Source of the DNA: Ignavibacteriota bacterium
GTDB lineage: Bacteria; Bacteroidota; Ignavibacteria; UBA10030
Length of the DNA stretch: 64,000 nt
Assembly (NCBI GenBank): GCA_963727825.1
Contig: CAVSHO010000011.1
Coordinates: 151,854 to 215,853 of the forward strand
Reading direction: 5' to 3'
Shown: one piece after another, positions 8,879-19,389 of the stretch
How the letters are laid out: each line of letters starts with the position of its first letter
How positions within the stretch are numbered: the stretch's first letter is position 1
The notes under the pieces: model-generated
Seen by the model: the letters and a program-made list of their open reading frames with translations, nothing else
What the model was told of the DNA's origin: nothing
The model's database searches: none
Translations under genes and position numbers: made by a program

Positions 8879-9481
8879 TTAAGTTTGTTTCCTCTTCTTT
8901 TTATATCCTGTTAATGAGGCGTATTGTCTCAGTTTATGATACATAGGATTTTTATCTTTGAATTCCTCTTTAGAAGGCATATCTGAAGGGCATAATTCTA
9001 ATCCAATATTATGTAGAACTACAGCGGGGATTGTTTTTCCCTTAACGAGATGTCTTTTTTCACATGCAGTCTTGAATTTATCTATAAAGTCGTCTTGATC
9101 TATTATATCAGAATTAGTTTTATTTTTGTTTGCATCATTTGACGATGGAACGGTAAGAATGCCGGATAATGAAGGTTCGATAGAAGACTGTATTTGTATT
9201 TTCTCATCTTCCTTACGTCGAAGTTTTTCAAAAGCGTATTCTTTTGCCCTTACTTCCGATAATTTTTCTTCATGTTCAAGTAATTTCAATTTATGTATCA
9301 ACTGCATTTTTTTCTCTTCAAGCTTAGGTATTTCTGGATTTACAAATGGACTTTGGCGCTTCTTTTCGATTTCATCATCTATTGCTGAAATCTTAGCCAG
9401 AATTGATTTATTTTCATCATCGCCATCCATAATTAAATCTTTACGATTGAAAATTAAATCATTAAATTTAATCTTTTTCAT
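8879..9481 (-). CDS. hypothetical charged, possibly coiled-coil protein
   Basis: 200-aa ORF rich in K/E heptad-like stretches (EEKKMQLIHKLKLLEHEEKLSEVRAKEYAFEKLRRKEDEK). No family recognised. Confidence 0.45.
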   Translation of the reverse strand: MKKIKFNDLIFNRKDLIMDGDDENKSILAKISAIDDEIEKKRQSPFVNPEIPKLEEKKMQLIHKLKLLEHEEKLSEVRAKEYAFEKLRRKEDEKIQIQSSIEPSLSGILTVPSSNDANKNKTNSDIIDQDDFIDKFKTACEKRHLVKGKTIPAVVLHNIGLELCPSDMPSKEEFKDKNPMYHKLRQYASLTGYKKKRKQT

Positions 9482-9484
9482 AGA

Positions 9485-10072
9485 CTAAAAATCTTTCTTC
9501 AAGTATTCGTTGGCTATTCTCATATTTTGATAATTAATTTTAAGCCCATAATTCACGCCTCCTGGAAATACTTCCAGAAATATTGCACAAGTGTCTTTCC
9601 CTTTATTGACAAAGCACCATTGAGCCTCAGTTGTCTCTCGATCAATAATATTCAATTCTTGGCAACTATCGCTTTTGAAAAGTGCAACGTCTACTTCTGG
9701 TTTCCCATATTTCTTGGAAATTGCGCTCTTAATCGACCACAACTTCCGGATAAAATATTCGCATTTAATATCGTCAAGAAATACCATGCCAGCAAAAAAA
9801 CTTTTGTTATGAAAATAAATTGCAAATTGATTGACTTTTTCACTCGCAAACATGCCGCCATAAAAAACCATTATTTCCTTATTGCTTTTTACAGTATCAA
9901 AATGGACACCGTCCCGTTTAAGCATTTTCGATTTAACAGTTTCTGAGTTGTCGCCCCACCTCAAATCAAGAAATCCATTAAGCGTCTTTCCTTGATCTTG
10001 TGCTACTAGTTCTTGATTAGTTAAGAATTCCCCCAAAAATAATATTGAAATTAGAAAAATAATCTTGTTCAT
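9485..10072 (-). CDS. hypothetical secreted protein
   Basis: Signal peptide MNKIIFLISILFLGEFLTNQELVAQ. It is tightly packed with the upstream ORF (4-nt gap). Confidence 0.5.
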   Translation of the reverse strand: MNKIIFLISILFLGEFLTNQELVAQDQGKTLNGFLDLRWGDNSETVKSKMLKRDGVHFDTVKSNKEIMVFYGGMFASEKVNQFAIYFHNKSFFAGMVFLDDIKCEYFIRKLWSIKSAISKKYGKPEVDVALFKSDSCQELNIIDRETTEAQWCFVNKGKDTCAIFLEVFPGGVNYGLKINYQNMRIANEYLKKDF

Positions 10073-10685
10073 ATAAAGTTACCTCCTACAAAATGGTATT
10101 AAGCACAAGAATATTTATTGTGCAAATATACTAACTTCTTTAATAAAATTTTGAGAAAAATATTTGTCGACTATTATTTAGAGCTCTATACCCCCTAAAT
10201 GTCCCTCTACCCCCCGTCGTTATCTGAGTAATTTTCATTTTTGATATTTTAAATATACAGATATTCAAGATAGAGTATACTTTTGAAGCGATCATTAAGA
10301 GCATTAATTGTCTTCATATCCATCAACTAAAGCAATCATTGAATTATGGTTTATACCCTATACACGAAGTTGGATGAAAGAAAAAAATATTCTGACGGTG
10401 ACGAACTAAAAGGACAGGGATAAACCTCATATAAGCTCCACTTGCCTTCCGTTTCTTTGTTTTGTAAATTGACATTGACTTAAAGAAACATGCTTCCCAA
10501 GATAGTAAAAAGAAATTTACTCGAAAGAGTAGAACCTCAAGTGTTTGGGAATTGGAAGCTCCGTTTCGCTTGAGGTTTCTTATTCGTGGCATTGGTGACT
10601 ATTTTGGGCACTGACAGAGTGAAATAAAATCGAAACTTCACTCAACACGATAGAAGAAATTGTCGAAAAAAGATTGTTTTCTTTT

Positions 10686-10759
10686 GCACCCATAGCTCAA
10701 TTGGATAGAGCGGCAGCCTACGGAGCTGTAGGTTGGGGGTTCGACTCCCTCTGGGTGCA
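10686..10759 (+). tRNA. tRNA-Arg (anticodon ACG)
   Basis: Cloverleaf: GCACCCA/TGGGTGC acceptor, GCTC..GAGC D arm, GCAGC-CTACGGA-GCTGT anticodon arm, GGGGG-TTCGACT-CCCTC T arm, discriminator A. Confidence 0.93.
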
Positions 10760-10798
10760 CATAAAAAAGCTCTGAACTCACAGGGCTTTTTCTTTGTT

Positions 10799-12628
10799 TT
10801 ATTCTAGCACGATTCTCATCTGGCAAGATTCACAATCAAACTCCAGACGATATTTATTCCTTGTATCCTCCAAAAATAATGGTTCTGCATCGGAGATATT
10901 TTTACCTGTACAAAGACCATATTGGAAACGTAAACAGTGCTTCATCGTCATCACTGTCTTTCCCTTAGTTACATTTTGAAGCTCAAATGCATTTTCAATA
11001 TTTTCTACACCATGCCTACGATAGAATGCCTCCGCCTTCTTATTTGCAACATTTGCCATATAATCTAAATGCGCTTCCGGATACGGTTCATTGTTGGGTT
11101 GAATAAATGAAATTTTTCTGTTGTATAGTTTCAATCGTGATTCTTCCAATTGGCGTATTCCTTCACGCCGCATTTCATTAAGTATACTGATGGGAAGAAA
11201 ATATGGTTGATTCCAAACCACATTCATTTCTTCGCAAATAAAAATCGTATCACCTAATTTTGTAAGTTGGTGGTGAACAGTTTCCTCTGCCTGATTTTTG
11301 CTTTTTGCAGGTTTTTTTTCATAAGCTCGATCAATTTTTATTTTAACGCCATTTTCATCTTCAATGTAAACGGTAAAGCCATCATTTGATTCAATAAATT
11401 GCATTTTCACTGCAATTAAGCGCTTTGTTTTATCTGCTTGAAGTTCCTTTGCAAATACATAATCATAATTGCGATAAATCATTGTTCCAACTTCAAGCCC
11501 ATCGATTTCAGAAGGAAATATTTTCTTTCCTTCTATCTTATTTATATTTGTGCCCAACAAATCATTCTGCGCATTGAAAAAACAGATCCCATCTCCATTA
11601 TGCAGCGTTTCTTCCGTCTCCAGAATAAAGCAATTTCGTTCTATCTGTTTCACCTTTCCTAAATATGCACCGGTGGATTTCGGTGTGTATGGAGAAAGGA
11701 TATCTTTAGTCCGACGTTGAATGAAATGTTCAGTAAATCCGCGATTGAATGTTTTAAATAAATTTGGTTGAAATGTTATCATTGTTTTCCCGGTCGATGC
11801 CCGGGCAAGCGAACCATCCTTTTCTATTATCTCATCAATTCTTTGTCTGTAGAATGCCGTAACATTTTTAACATAGTTGATGTCTTTCAAGCGTCCTTCA
11901 ATCTTAAATGAAGACACGCCTGCATCAATCAAATCGCGAAGATATTCAGAAAGATTTAAATCCTTGAGTGAGAGCAGATATTTATTCTGTTCAATTATGT
12001 TTCCTGAATTATCTTTAAGCGTGTAAGGCAAACGACATGGCTGTGCACATTCGCCGCGGTTTGCGCTTCTCCCTTGCGTTGCCTGACTGAGATAGCATTG
12101 TCCGCTGAAACTGACGCACAATGCACCGTGGATGAAAAACTCTAAATCTATATTTGTATTCGACCTAATTTCGCGCAATTGTTTCAGCGATAATTCTCGC
12201 GCTAATATAACACGCTGGAATCCAACTTTCTCAAGAAATTGAATCTTCTTCAACGAATAATTGTGCGTTTGTGTGCTGGCAAACAACGGAAGCGGCGGCA
12301 AGTCAAGTTCCAATAATCCCATATCCTGAATGATTAGAGCATCTGCACCTGCCTCATATACAGATCGAGCAAGAGCAAGCGCCTCGTCTAATTCATCATC
12401 ATACAAAATCGTATTCAGCGTAATATAAACTTTTGACCAATAGCGATGTGCATAGTTCACAAGTTTAGCTATGTCATCTAACGAATTACCTGCAGCAGTG
12501 CGCGCACCAAACTTTGGTGCACCAATATATACTGCATCTGCGCCGTGATTAATTGCAGCTATGCCCGTTGCTAAATTTTTAGCCGGAGAGAGAAGTTCTA
12601 TACGACGGTTGCGTTCTTTATTATTCAT
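10799..12628 (-). CDS. U32-family peptidase-like protein (long form)
   Basis: N-terminus ELLSPAKNLATGIAAINHGADAVYIGAPKFGARTAAGN and the cysteine-containing region GECAQPCRLPY are typical of the U32 family. Confidence 0.85.
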   Translation of the reverse strand: MNNKERNRRIELLSPAKNLATGIAAINHGADAVYIGAPKFGARTAAGNSLDDIAKLVNYAHRYWSKVYITLNTILYDDELDEALALARSVYEAGADALIIQDMGLLELDLPPLPLFASTQTHNYSLKKIQFLEKVGFQRVILARELSLKQLREIRSNTNIDLEFFIHGALCVSFSGQCYLSQATQGRSANRGECAQPCRLPYTLKDNSGNIIEQNKYLLSLKDLNLSEYLRDLIDAGVSSFKIEGRLKDINYVKNVTAFYRQRIDEIIEKDGSLARASTGKTMITFQPNLFKTFNRGFTEHFIQRRTKDILSPYTPKSTGAYLGKVKQIERNCFILETEETLHNGDGICFFNAQNDLLGTNINKIEGKKIFPSEIDGLEVGTMIYRNYDYVFAKELQADKTKRLIAVKMQFIESNDGFTVYIEDENGVKIKIDRAYEKKPAKSKNQAEETVHHQLTKLGDTIFICEEMNVVWNQPYFLPISILNEMRREGIRQLEESRLKLYNRKISFIQPNNEPYPEAHLDYMANVANKKAEAFYRRHGVENIENAFELQNVTKGKTVMTMKHCLRFQYGLCTGKNISDAEPLFLEDTRNKYRLEFDCESCQMRIVLE

Positions 12629-12732
12629 TCAGCAATTTCCTATATAGTAAGGTAGATAAACTTCTCCTTCCCCTCAAATTGATAGCGCAGAAAAACTTCC
12701 GTATATTTCAAATAAAATAATAGGAGAATTTT

Positions 12733-13788
12733 TTGCAGAATCGCGATAATAAGGAATGGATTCCAACAAATCCTGACTATGATCCCAACAAACCAATGCA
12801 GGTCGGCGGACAAGCAGTTATTGAAGGTGTAATGATGCGCGCGCCTGGTTCAGTTGCCACGGCAGTGCGACGGGCAAATGGACAAATCGTAGTTCAACAT
12901 CAGGAATATAAATCGGTTACGGAAAAATATAAATGGCTGAATGTGCCAATCTTGCGTGGTGCAGTTGGGCTTATCGATATGATGTATCTCGGCATGAAAA
13001 CACTCAACTTTTCTGCCGAGATTGCAATGCTTGATGTTGAGACTGAAGAGACAAAGAAAAATGGTAAAACAGGTGAAAATAATTCTGAGAATAAAACTAA
13101 ACCTCAGTCAAAGTTAGCACTTGTAGCAACGCTTGTATTTGCACTCGCTCTTGGAATAGGTGTTTTCTTTATCGTCCCGTTATATCTTACAACCAAAGTA
13201 TTCGCAATTGAACAAACTGCAATGATGTTCAACCTCGTGGCTGGCGCTATTCGCATTACGATCTTGCTTCTTTATATGGCTGGTATTTCATTGATGAAAG
13301 ATATCCAGCAGCTTTTTCGTTATCACGGCGCGGAACATAAATCTGTATTCGCGTATGAATTGAAAGGCTCACTCGTCCCAGAGTCCGTGGTAAAATACAG
13401 TCGTTTTCATCCTCGGTGCGGCACAAGTTTTTTACTTATCGTTGCATTTGTCGCAATTCTTTCCTTCAGTCTTCTTGATGCATTCTTACTGATCTTTATT
13501 GGCAAGATCACATTGTCAATCCGTCTGTTGACGCATTTGCCTTTTATCCCCGTCGTTGGCGGTTTGGCATATGAAATTATTAGATTTTCTGCAAAGCATG
13601 GAACAACTTGGTGGGGTAAAACATTGATCGCGCCTGGACTTTGGCTTCAACATATTACAACGAAGGAGCCTACCGAGCCGCAAATAGAAGTTGCTTTGGT
13701 AGCACTCAAATGTGCTTTAGGTCAAGAAGATCCAAACAAATATATTCTACAACCCGGTCCCGCAGTGGTTTCTTCAACCAAAGCATAA
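12733..13788 (+). CDS. DUF1385-family membrane protein
   Basis: [13 protein letters not shown] and YHGAEHK motifs, several TM segments, and the position directly upstream of prfA, as commonly seen. TTG start in the track; the alternative ATG gives MQVGGQ. Confidence 0.8.
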   Translation: MQNRDNKEWIPTNPDYDPNKPMQVGGQAVIEGVMMRAPGSVATAVRRANGQIVVQHQEYKSVTEKYKWLNVPILRGAVGLIDMMYLGMKTLNFSAEIAMLDVETEETKKNGKTGENNSENKTKPQSKLALVATLVFALALGIGVFFIVPLYLTTKVFAIEQTAMMFNLVAGAIRITILLLYMAGISLMKDIQQLFRYHGAEHKSVFAYELKGSLVPESVVKYSRFHPRCGTSFLLIVAFVAILSFSLLDAFLLIFIGKITLSIRLLTHLPFIPVVGGLAYEIIRFSAKHGTTWWGKTLIAPGLWLQHITTKEPTEPQIEVALVALKCALGQEDPNKYILQPGPAVVSSTKA

Positions 13789-13795
13789 TATTGTT

Positions 13796-14866
13796 ATGAT
13801 TGATAAGTTAGAAAAAATATTTCAGCGGTACGATGAAGTCAGCAAATTGATGAGCGATCCGGCAATTGTTGCTGATCAGCAAAAAAGTCGAGAATTAGGA
13901 AAAGAATTTCATTCTTTGGAAATGGTTGTAAAAGCTGGGATTCGTTATAAAAAGGTTTATCACGATTTCAACGGAAGCAAAGAGTTATTGGATTCTACAA
14001 GCGATCCAGAAATGAAATCGCTTGCACAGGAAGAATACGATCGGCTTAAGGTGGAATTAGCCCGGCTTGAAGAAGAAATGAAGATGTTGCTGATTCCTTC
14101 TGATCCGAACGATTCGAAAAATTTTATTATGGAAATTCGTGCAGGCACCGGTGGCGAGGAAGCTGCAATATTTGCTGCAGATTTGTATAGAATGTACACG
14201 CGCTATTCGGAAAGGAAAAGTTGGAAAGTCGAGATAATGGATTGGAATGAAACAGGCAAAGGCGGCTTTAAAGAAATTGTCTTTGCAGTATCTGGCGAAG
14301 GCGCATATGGAGAAATGAAATATGAAAGCGGTGTGCATCGGGTCCAGCGTGTGCCGGAAACAGAAGCACAAGGGCGTGTGCATACTTCAGCGGCATCCGT
14401 AGTTGTGCTGCCTGAAGTTGAAGATGTAGAAATAGACATCAACCCGGCTGATCTTCAAATTGACACATATCGCTCGGGCGGCAAAGGCGGGCAGAATGTA
14501 AATAAAGTTGAAACAGCAGTACGTATTACGCACAAACCAAGCGGAATTATTGTTGCCTGCCAACAAGAGCGCTCGCAATTTCAAAATCGTGAACGAGCGA
14601 TGAAAATGCTGCGCGCTAAATTATACGAGATGAAACTTGAAGAGCAAACAAAATCTACCGCGGCGCAGCGAAAGTCGATGGTGAAGAGCGGTGATAGAAG
14701 TGATAAAATCCGAACATATAATTTTCCGCAAAACCGGCTAACCGATCATCGCATCGGATATACAATTTATAGCTTGGACCGCGTGATTGATGGTGACTTA
14801 GATGCATTAATCGAGCAATTGCGGATAGCCGATCGCGCTGAAAAACTACAAAACGCAACGGCATAA
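13796..14866 (+). CDS. prfA: peptide chain release factor 1
   Basis: GGQ motif ([20 protein letters not shown]) and RF1-type [14 protein letters not shown] tripeptide region; 356 aa. Confidence 0.95.
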   Translation: MIDKLEKIFQRYDEVSKLMSDPAIVADQQKSRELGKEFHSLEMVVKAGIRYKKVYHDFNGSKELLDSTSDPEMKSLAQEEYDRLKVELARLEEEMKMLLIPSDPNDSKNFIMEIRAGTGGEEAAIFAADLYRMYTRYSERKSWKVEIMDWNETGKGGFKEIVFAVSGEGAYGEMKYESGVHRVQRVPETEAQGRVHTSAASVVVLPEVEDVEIDINPADLQIDTYRSGGKGGQNVNKVETAVRITHKPSGIIVACQQERSQFQNRERAMKMLRAKLYEMKLEEQTKSTAAQRKSMVKSGDRSDKIRTYNFPQNRLTDHRIGYTIYSLDRVIDGDLDALIEQLRIADRAEKLQNATA

Positions 14867-14872
14867 TTTTGC

Positions 14873-15343
14873 CTATCGTTTTTTTTGAAAAGTTCTCTTC
14901 TTTGCAAAAAACTCTTTTAGTAATGATTCGCTTTCCTTATCGCAAATTCCTCCTACAACATGAACGCTATGATTCAGCCGTGGATCTTCGACAATATTAT
15001 ACAATGTTCCGCAAGACCCGGCTTTTGGATCATACGAACTGAATACAAGTGTCGGAATGCGAGCAAGAACAATAGCGCCTGCACACATCGGGCAAGGTTC
15101 TAACGTCACATAAAGCGTGCAATTCTCTAATCTTCGCGAATGCATATAATTTGAAGCAGCAGTAATTGCAATCATTTCGGCGTGAGCAGTGGGATCTTGC
15201 AGTAGTTCTATCTGATTATATCCCCTGCCGATAATCTCCCCTTTATGCACAACGATTGCCCCCACCGGCACTTCATTTGCATCGAAGGCGCGCTGCGCTT
15301 CTTGAATCGCTGTTTTCATCCATTGCGCATGCGGCGTCATCAT
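14873..15343 (-). CDS. tadA: tRNA-specific adenosine deaminase
   Basis: CDA zinc motifs HAEMIAI and PCPMCAGAI; 156 aa. Confidence 0.9.
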   Translation of the reverse strand: MMTPHAQWMKTAIQEAQRAFDANEVPVGAIVVHKGEIIGRGYNQIELLQDPTAHAEMIAITAASNYMHSRRLENCTLYVTLEPCPMCAGAIVLARIPTLVFSSYDPKAGSCGTLYNIVEDPRLNHSVHVVGGICDKESESLLKEFFAKKRTFQKKR

Positions 15344-15457
15344 AAATACTTTATAGTGCTATCGTGATTGCTTAGCTGATACGGTTTGTAGGAAATGTTC
15401 TAACTAACAGCGCTTCTTGACGCTATATCGCCAGCTTGTGAATCAATAGATTGCGCA

Positions 15458-15967
15458 TTATACGTGTTCAACTTTTGAGAAATCCGATAATGCTGCAATT
15501 ATCCGATTCACTTCTTCACCAATTGTATCAAGTTGGCGCATTATTTTCAGATTGCCTGCAGCAGCTTTATGTGCAGATCCGAGTGTGAGCACAATAATTG
15601 ATAGCGGGTTATTAATGTGATGCTGTATACCACGAGCTACTTCGTGCAGTGTTTTAAGCTGTGTTTGCTGAAGCTGCATTTCTCGTTCAGCAATGAGTCT
15701 TTGCTCTTCGCTTTCGTGCAGTTTTGTCCTGATTTCAATAACATTCACCAATGCTACAGCAAGAAGCCACAAAAATGGAAAGGCGTCAAAACTGTCAATT
15801 ATATTCTCAATAAATAATGAAGTATGGAAGGTAATGTACTTCACTCTGATAAAATAATGTATGATGCAAAATAATAGATAGCCGTAAATGAATAACCCAG
15901 AAAGAACCGCTGGGTATTTTATGCAAAAATTTTTCACCTTTTCATAAATCTTTTTGATGGGGTTCAT
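15458..15967 (-). CDS. membrane protein with a HisKA-like dimerisation/phosphoacceptor helix but no ATPase domain
   Basis: Two or three N-terminal TM segments, a coiled region, then an H-box-like EVARGIQHHINNPLSII. The ORF ends 114 nt before tadA, leaving no room for HATPase_c. Confidence 0.5.
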   Translation of the reverse strand: MNPIKKIYEKVKNFCIKYPAVLSGLFIYGYLLFCIIHYFIRVKYITFHTSLFIENIIDSFDAFPFLWLLAVALVNVIEIRTKLHESEEQRLIAEREMQLQQTQLKTLHEVARGIQHHINNPLSIIVLTLGSAHKAAAGNLKIMRQLDTIGEEVNRIIAALSDFSKVEHV

Positions 15968-16034
15968 CTGAAGTACTCCCCGAATATTGTTCGATGGATA
16001 TTGATAATTTCAACCAAACTAATTTAAGATATTG

Positions 16035-16108
16035 TGCACCCGGAGGGAGTCGAACCCCCAACCCTCAGATCCGAAGTCTGATGCTCTATCCAATTGAGCT
16101 ACGGGTGC
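16035..16108 (-). tRNA. tRNA-Arg (anticodon TCG)
   Basis: The reverse complement folds as GCACCCG/CGGGTGC acceptor, TCAGA-CTTCGGA-TCTGA anticodon arm, GGGGG-TTCGACT-CCCTC T arm. Confidence 0.92.
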
Positions 16109-16344
16109 ATTAGCACACAAGACAAAATCCATTATTTGTTATTAAGATTGAACCATGTGCATACCTTAATACAGATCCCGCCATAAAATGTTATGATTCT
16201 AAAAAATGCTGCTATTCGATATAAAACACATCGCAGATAATTTCCGAATTACATGTGCAAATCAATATTTCCTAGTGCGCTAATAATTTACAAAACAAAC
16301 CCACATCTTGCAACAATACAACTATTCTACATATTTCTGATAAT

Positions 16345-18177
16345 TTATAGGTTAAGAAGTTGGATAATGTCGAATCTCTTCATTCTGGAAAGTTCAACTT
16401 TGAGTTCCTTGCGTTTATCTTTGTCATAGAGAAAGAAAAAGAGCTGCTGAATTTTCTTTTCCTTTATCGAACGCGGTATATTTATTTTTTCCAAAGTGTA
16501 AGGATCGAACCCAGTATAGAACATCACTGAAGCAAGTGTCATGGGTGTTGGCGTAAAATCCTGAACCTGTTCTAGCTTGATATTCAGTTTTTGCATTTGG
16601 ACAGAAATATCGGCCATATCATCAAGCCCGCTCGCCGGTAGGCTCGAAATAAAATATGGGATCAATTGCTGGTTTAATCCATATTCCCGGCAAATTCCTA
16701 GGAATCGGTTATATAAATTAATGAATAAATCAAAGGAAGGTTTGCGCAAGAGTTTTAAAACTTTCTCCGAAGTATGTTCCGGGGCAACTTTTAATCTCCC
16801 AGAAACATGATGGAGAACAAGCTCCTTGAAATATTCGAGCGACGAAGGATTGATAGGCTTATTCTTTTTATCGAGAATAAGATCATACCTGATCCCGCTT
16901 CCAACCGTAATTTTTTTAATGCCTTTCACCTTCCTTGACTCTTTATACAATTCGATGAGAGGAGTGCAATCGGCATCTAAATTCTTGCATAGAATAGGGT
17001 ACAAACACGATGGTCGTTTGCATGCGGCACATTGTTTAGAGTTAATGCCACTCATCATGTACATATTTGCTGAAGGACCGCCTAAATCGGTAATGTGGCC
17101 TTTAAAAGATGGAGCAACGGCAATAGTTTTCAATTCTTTCAGTATAGAAGCCTGTGAGCGGCTTGAAATAAACTTTCCTTGATGAGCAGAAATTGTACAG
17201 AACGAACATCCTCCAAAACATCCTCGATGAATCGTGACAGAATCTTTGATCATTTCATACGCCGGGATCAGCTCTTTTCTATTATATCTTGGATGCGGCC
17301 GGCGAGTGAACGGCAGATTATAAATACTGTCGATTTCTGTTTGCGAGAGCACCGGAAACGGTGGATTGACTATGATGTATACATCCCCAATTTTTTCAGC
17401 AAGAGGCCGTTGTTCAATTTTATTTGATTCCTCTTCGATCATCACAAAATTGCGGGCAAATGCTTTCTTGCTTATCACACATTCTTCATAAGATGCAAGC
17501 GAAACTATTTTATCATTTCGTGTGAATGGAAATTCTTTTGTGCAAAAAGTCGTTTGGGGAATTTGTGTTATGCTTTCAATGTTTTCGCCGTTGCTTAATC
17601 TGCCAGCTATTGCGACAACAGCTTTTTCTGCCATTCCATAAGCAATCAAATCTGCGCTTGAATCGATTAATATGGAAGGCCTCAAAGAGTCGCTCCAATA
17701 ATCATAATGCGTAAGGCGGCGAAGCGAAGCTTCAATACCCCCAATAATTAAGGGAACATGAGGATAAAGCGATTTCAGTATTTTTGAATAGATTTGTACT
17801 GCATAATCGGGCCTCTGCCCTGCTTTATCTCCGGGAGTAAATGCATCGTTTGAACGGAGGCGTTTGTTTGCTGTGTAATGATTCACCATGGAATCCATAT
17901 TCCCCGATGTAACTCCGAAAAACAACCTGGGCACTCCCATTTTTTTAAAGTCCCTAAGATCATCGCGCCAATTAGGTTGCGGAACAATGGCGACTTTATA
18001 TCCTGCTTTTTCTAGTATTCGAGCAATAATCGCTGCACCAAATGCCGGATGGTCAACAAATGCATCTCCTGTAAATATAATAACGTCGGCTTGTTCCCAA
18101 CCGAGTTCTTGCATTTCTTTTAGAGAAGTGGGAAAGGTGTTCCCTTTTTTATTTACTTGAGTCCAATTACTTTTCAT
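16345..18177 (-). CDS. ygiQ: YgiQ-family radical SAM protein (UPF0313)
   Basis: CFGGCSFCTISAHQG cluster motif, a conserved N-terminal domain (DVIIFTGDAFVDHPAFG) and 610 aa length. Confidence 0.88.
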   Translation of the reverse strand: MKSNWTQVNKKGNTFPTSLKEMQELGWEQADVIIFTGDAFVDHPAFGAAIIARILEKAGYKVAIVPQPNWRDDLRDFKKMGVPRLFFGVTSGNMDSMVNHYTANKRLRSNDAFTPGDKAGQRPDYAVQIYSKILKSLYPHVPLIIGGIEASLRRLTHYDYWSDSLRPSILIDSSADLIAYGMAEKAVVAIAGRLSNGENIESITQIPQTTFCTKEFPFTRNDKIVSLASYEECVISKKAFARNFVMIEEESNKIEQRPLAEKIGDVYIIVNPPFPVLSQTEIDSIYNLPFTRRPHPRYNRKELIPAYEMIKDSVTIHRGCFGGCSFCTISAHQGKFISSRSQASILKELKTIAVAPSFKGHITDLGGPSANMYMMSGINSKQCAACKRPSCLYPILCKNLDADCTPLIELYKESRKVKGIKKITVGSGIRYDLILDKKNKPINPSSLEYFKELVLHHVSGRLKVAPEHTSEKVLKLLRKPSFDLFINLYNRFLGICREYGLNQQLIPYFISSLPASGLDDMADISVQMQKLNIKLEQVQDFTPTPMTLASVMFYTGFDPYTLEKINIPRSIKEKKIQQLFFFLYDKDKRKELKVELSRMKRFDIIQLLNL

Positions 18178-18433
18178 TTTTCTATTTATAGTCTCTGATT
18201 TTGCATTATTTAATAATGTACGTTATTAATTTTTTTCTTGCTTAGAATGGAGACATCTACTAAGAAAAATAAATATTATCTCAACGGCATAGTGTATCGT
18301 CGACCAAAGGGCAGTAATCAACAGTTGTCAGATTTTTTTTTAATTTAGGTGAAGAAGGATCGAAAGGAGGTTTTATGCTAAAGTAGGTTAGAGAAATCTT
18401 ATTAATCACAGCCATCTCACTGATATTTGAATG

Positions 18434-18838
18434 CTACCATTCCTTCAGGCTCAATGTCACCGTTCTTCCTAAACGTATACCTGATATTACGGTGCAAGAA
18501 ATATTCTGATCTGTTTCGATCACTTTGCCATGTCCGATAACTACATTCTTTGGAATTCCATCAGATAGGTCAACTATACCAAAACTTGTACCTTTCTCGC
18601 TTGACACTTGAATTAAAAGCTTCGTCTTCGCCGGCATCGGTTTGTTAATGGATGCCATGATCTTCCAATTGTTGGAATAGGTCGACAGGTTATAGTGTTG
18701 CTCTACCATTTTACTGTGAAAAGCGAGGAATCGATTGGAACCATTGTTCACCGAAATGAAACCTAAGAGCCTTATTTCATATGCACCGAGTGATGCTATT
18801 GACAGGAAGAATACAAGCACTAATAAACATTTTCGCAT
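18434..18838 (-). CDS. small secreted protein, paralog 1 of 3 (family unknown, possibly minor-pilin-like)
   Basis: Signal peptide MRKCLLVLVFFLSIASLGAYE. The mature ~113 aa are about 90% identical to the ORFs at 19390 and 20090. It ends GRTVTLSLKEW. Confidence 0.7.
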   Translation of the reverse strand: MRKCLLVLVFFLSIASLGAYEIRLLGFISVNNGSNRFLAFHSKMVEQHYNLSTYSNNWKIMASINKPMPAKTKLLIQVSSEKGTSFGIVDLSDGIPKNVVIGHGKVIETDQNISCTVISGIRLGRTVTLSLKEW

Positions 18839-18861
18839 TTTTTAAATCCCTCCATTCATCA

Positions 18862-19032
18862 CTATATGTATTCCTGATAACCATTAAGATTGCCTGTGAT
18901 GGAAATATCGGAAATCGGCTTCATTTCAAATGTGACCGATTGTGTAATGCTATTATTACTACTTTGTGAGCGTAGTTTAACAGATGTTGTGACTACTAGT
19001 AGGAAAAGGACTATGACACTAAGTATTTTCAC
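18862..19032 (-). CDS. possible 56-aa ORF with signal peptide (GTG start), below the track cutoff; pilin-N-terminus-like fragment
   Basis: Own translation: (V/M)KILSVIVLFLLVVTTSVKLRSQSSNNSITQSVTFEMKPISDISITGNLNGYQEYI*. Its signal-peptide DNA is homologous to the 5' end of paralog 2. Confidence 0.25.
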   Translation of the reverse strand: MKILSVIVLFLLVVTTSVKLRSQSSNNSITQSVTFEMKPISDISITGNLNGYQEYI

Positions 19033-19233
19033 CTGTATTGATTCTAAAATTTCTAACGAATAAACAGGGGAAATGGTTCCTGTACTTAAGAATGTATGGT
19101 CTTTATATGCTCATAGATAATTGAACTTTTATAATTGAATTGCATGTTATAATGATACATTGTTGTGTCATCGAGCTTTTGGGGGTAACGTTTATCCTAT
19201 AATTAATGGGATTCTTAATAAAAAAAATCACAC

Positions 19234-19248
19234 TGGCATATAGATTGA
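19234..19248 (+). promoter_or_regulatory. orphan sigma54-type promoter copy TGGCAT-ATAGA-TTGA
   Basis: Identical 15-mer to 45171-45185. The surrounding ~140 nt (19120-19290) are paralogous to 45061-45220, including a degenerate palindrome half-site at 19146-19158. Confidence 0.4.
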
Positions 19249-19389
19249 CTAATATTCCTTGTTCCTATTTAATCAGTTAATAGGAATTAAATCGACGTTG
19301 GATGCAGAACAAATCTATGGAGACGTGTACAGAGATACGTAGTTTATAGAAGTCTTATTTCCTACTGCCATTATGCTGATATTTGAGTG

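Larger units (their letters stand above)
4625..10759 (+). mobile_element. ~6.1 kb integrative element inserted at tRNA-Arg(ACG), bounded by a 55-nt direct repeat
   Basis: 4625-4679 is identical to 10686-10740 (tRNA nt 1-55). The integrase lies next to the truncated copy. Cargo is a DnaB-like helicase, a replication-initiator-like protein and small unknown ORFs. Confidence 0.75.

Noticed and set aside
10686-15343. Functional linkage between tadA (14873-15343) and its substrate tRNA-Arg(ACG) (10686-10759), 4 kb away.
   Set aside because: They are on different strands, separated by four unrelated genes. Proximity is most likely coincidental.
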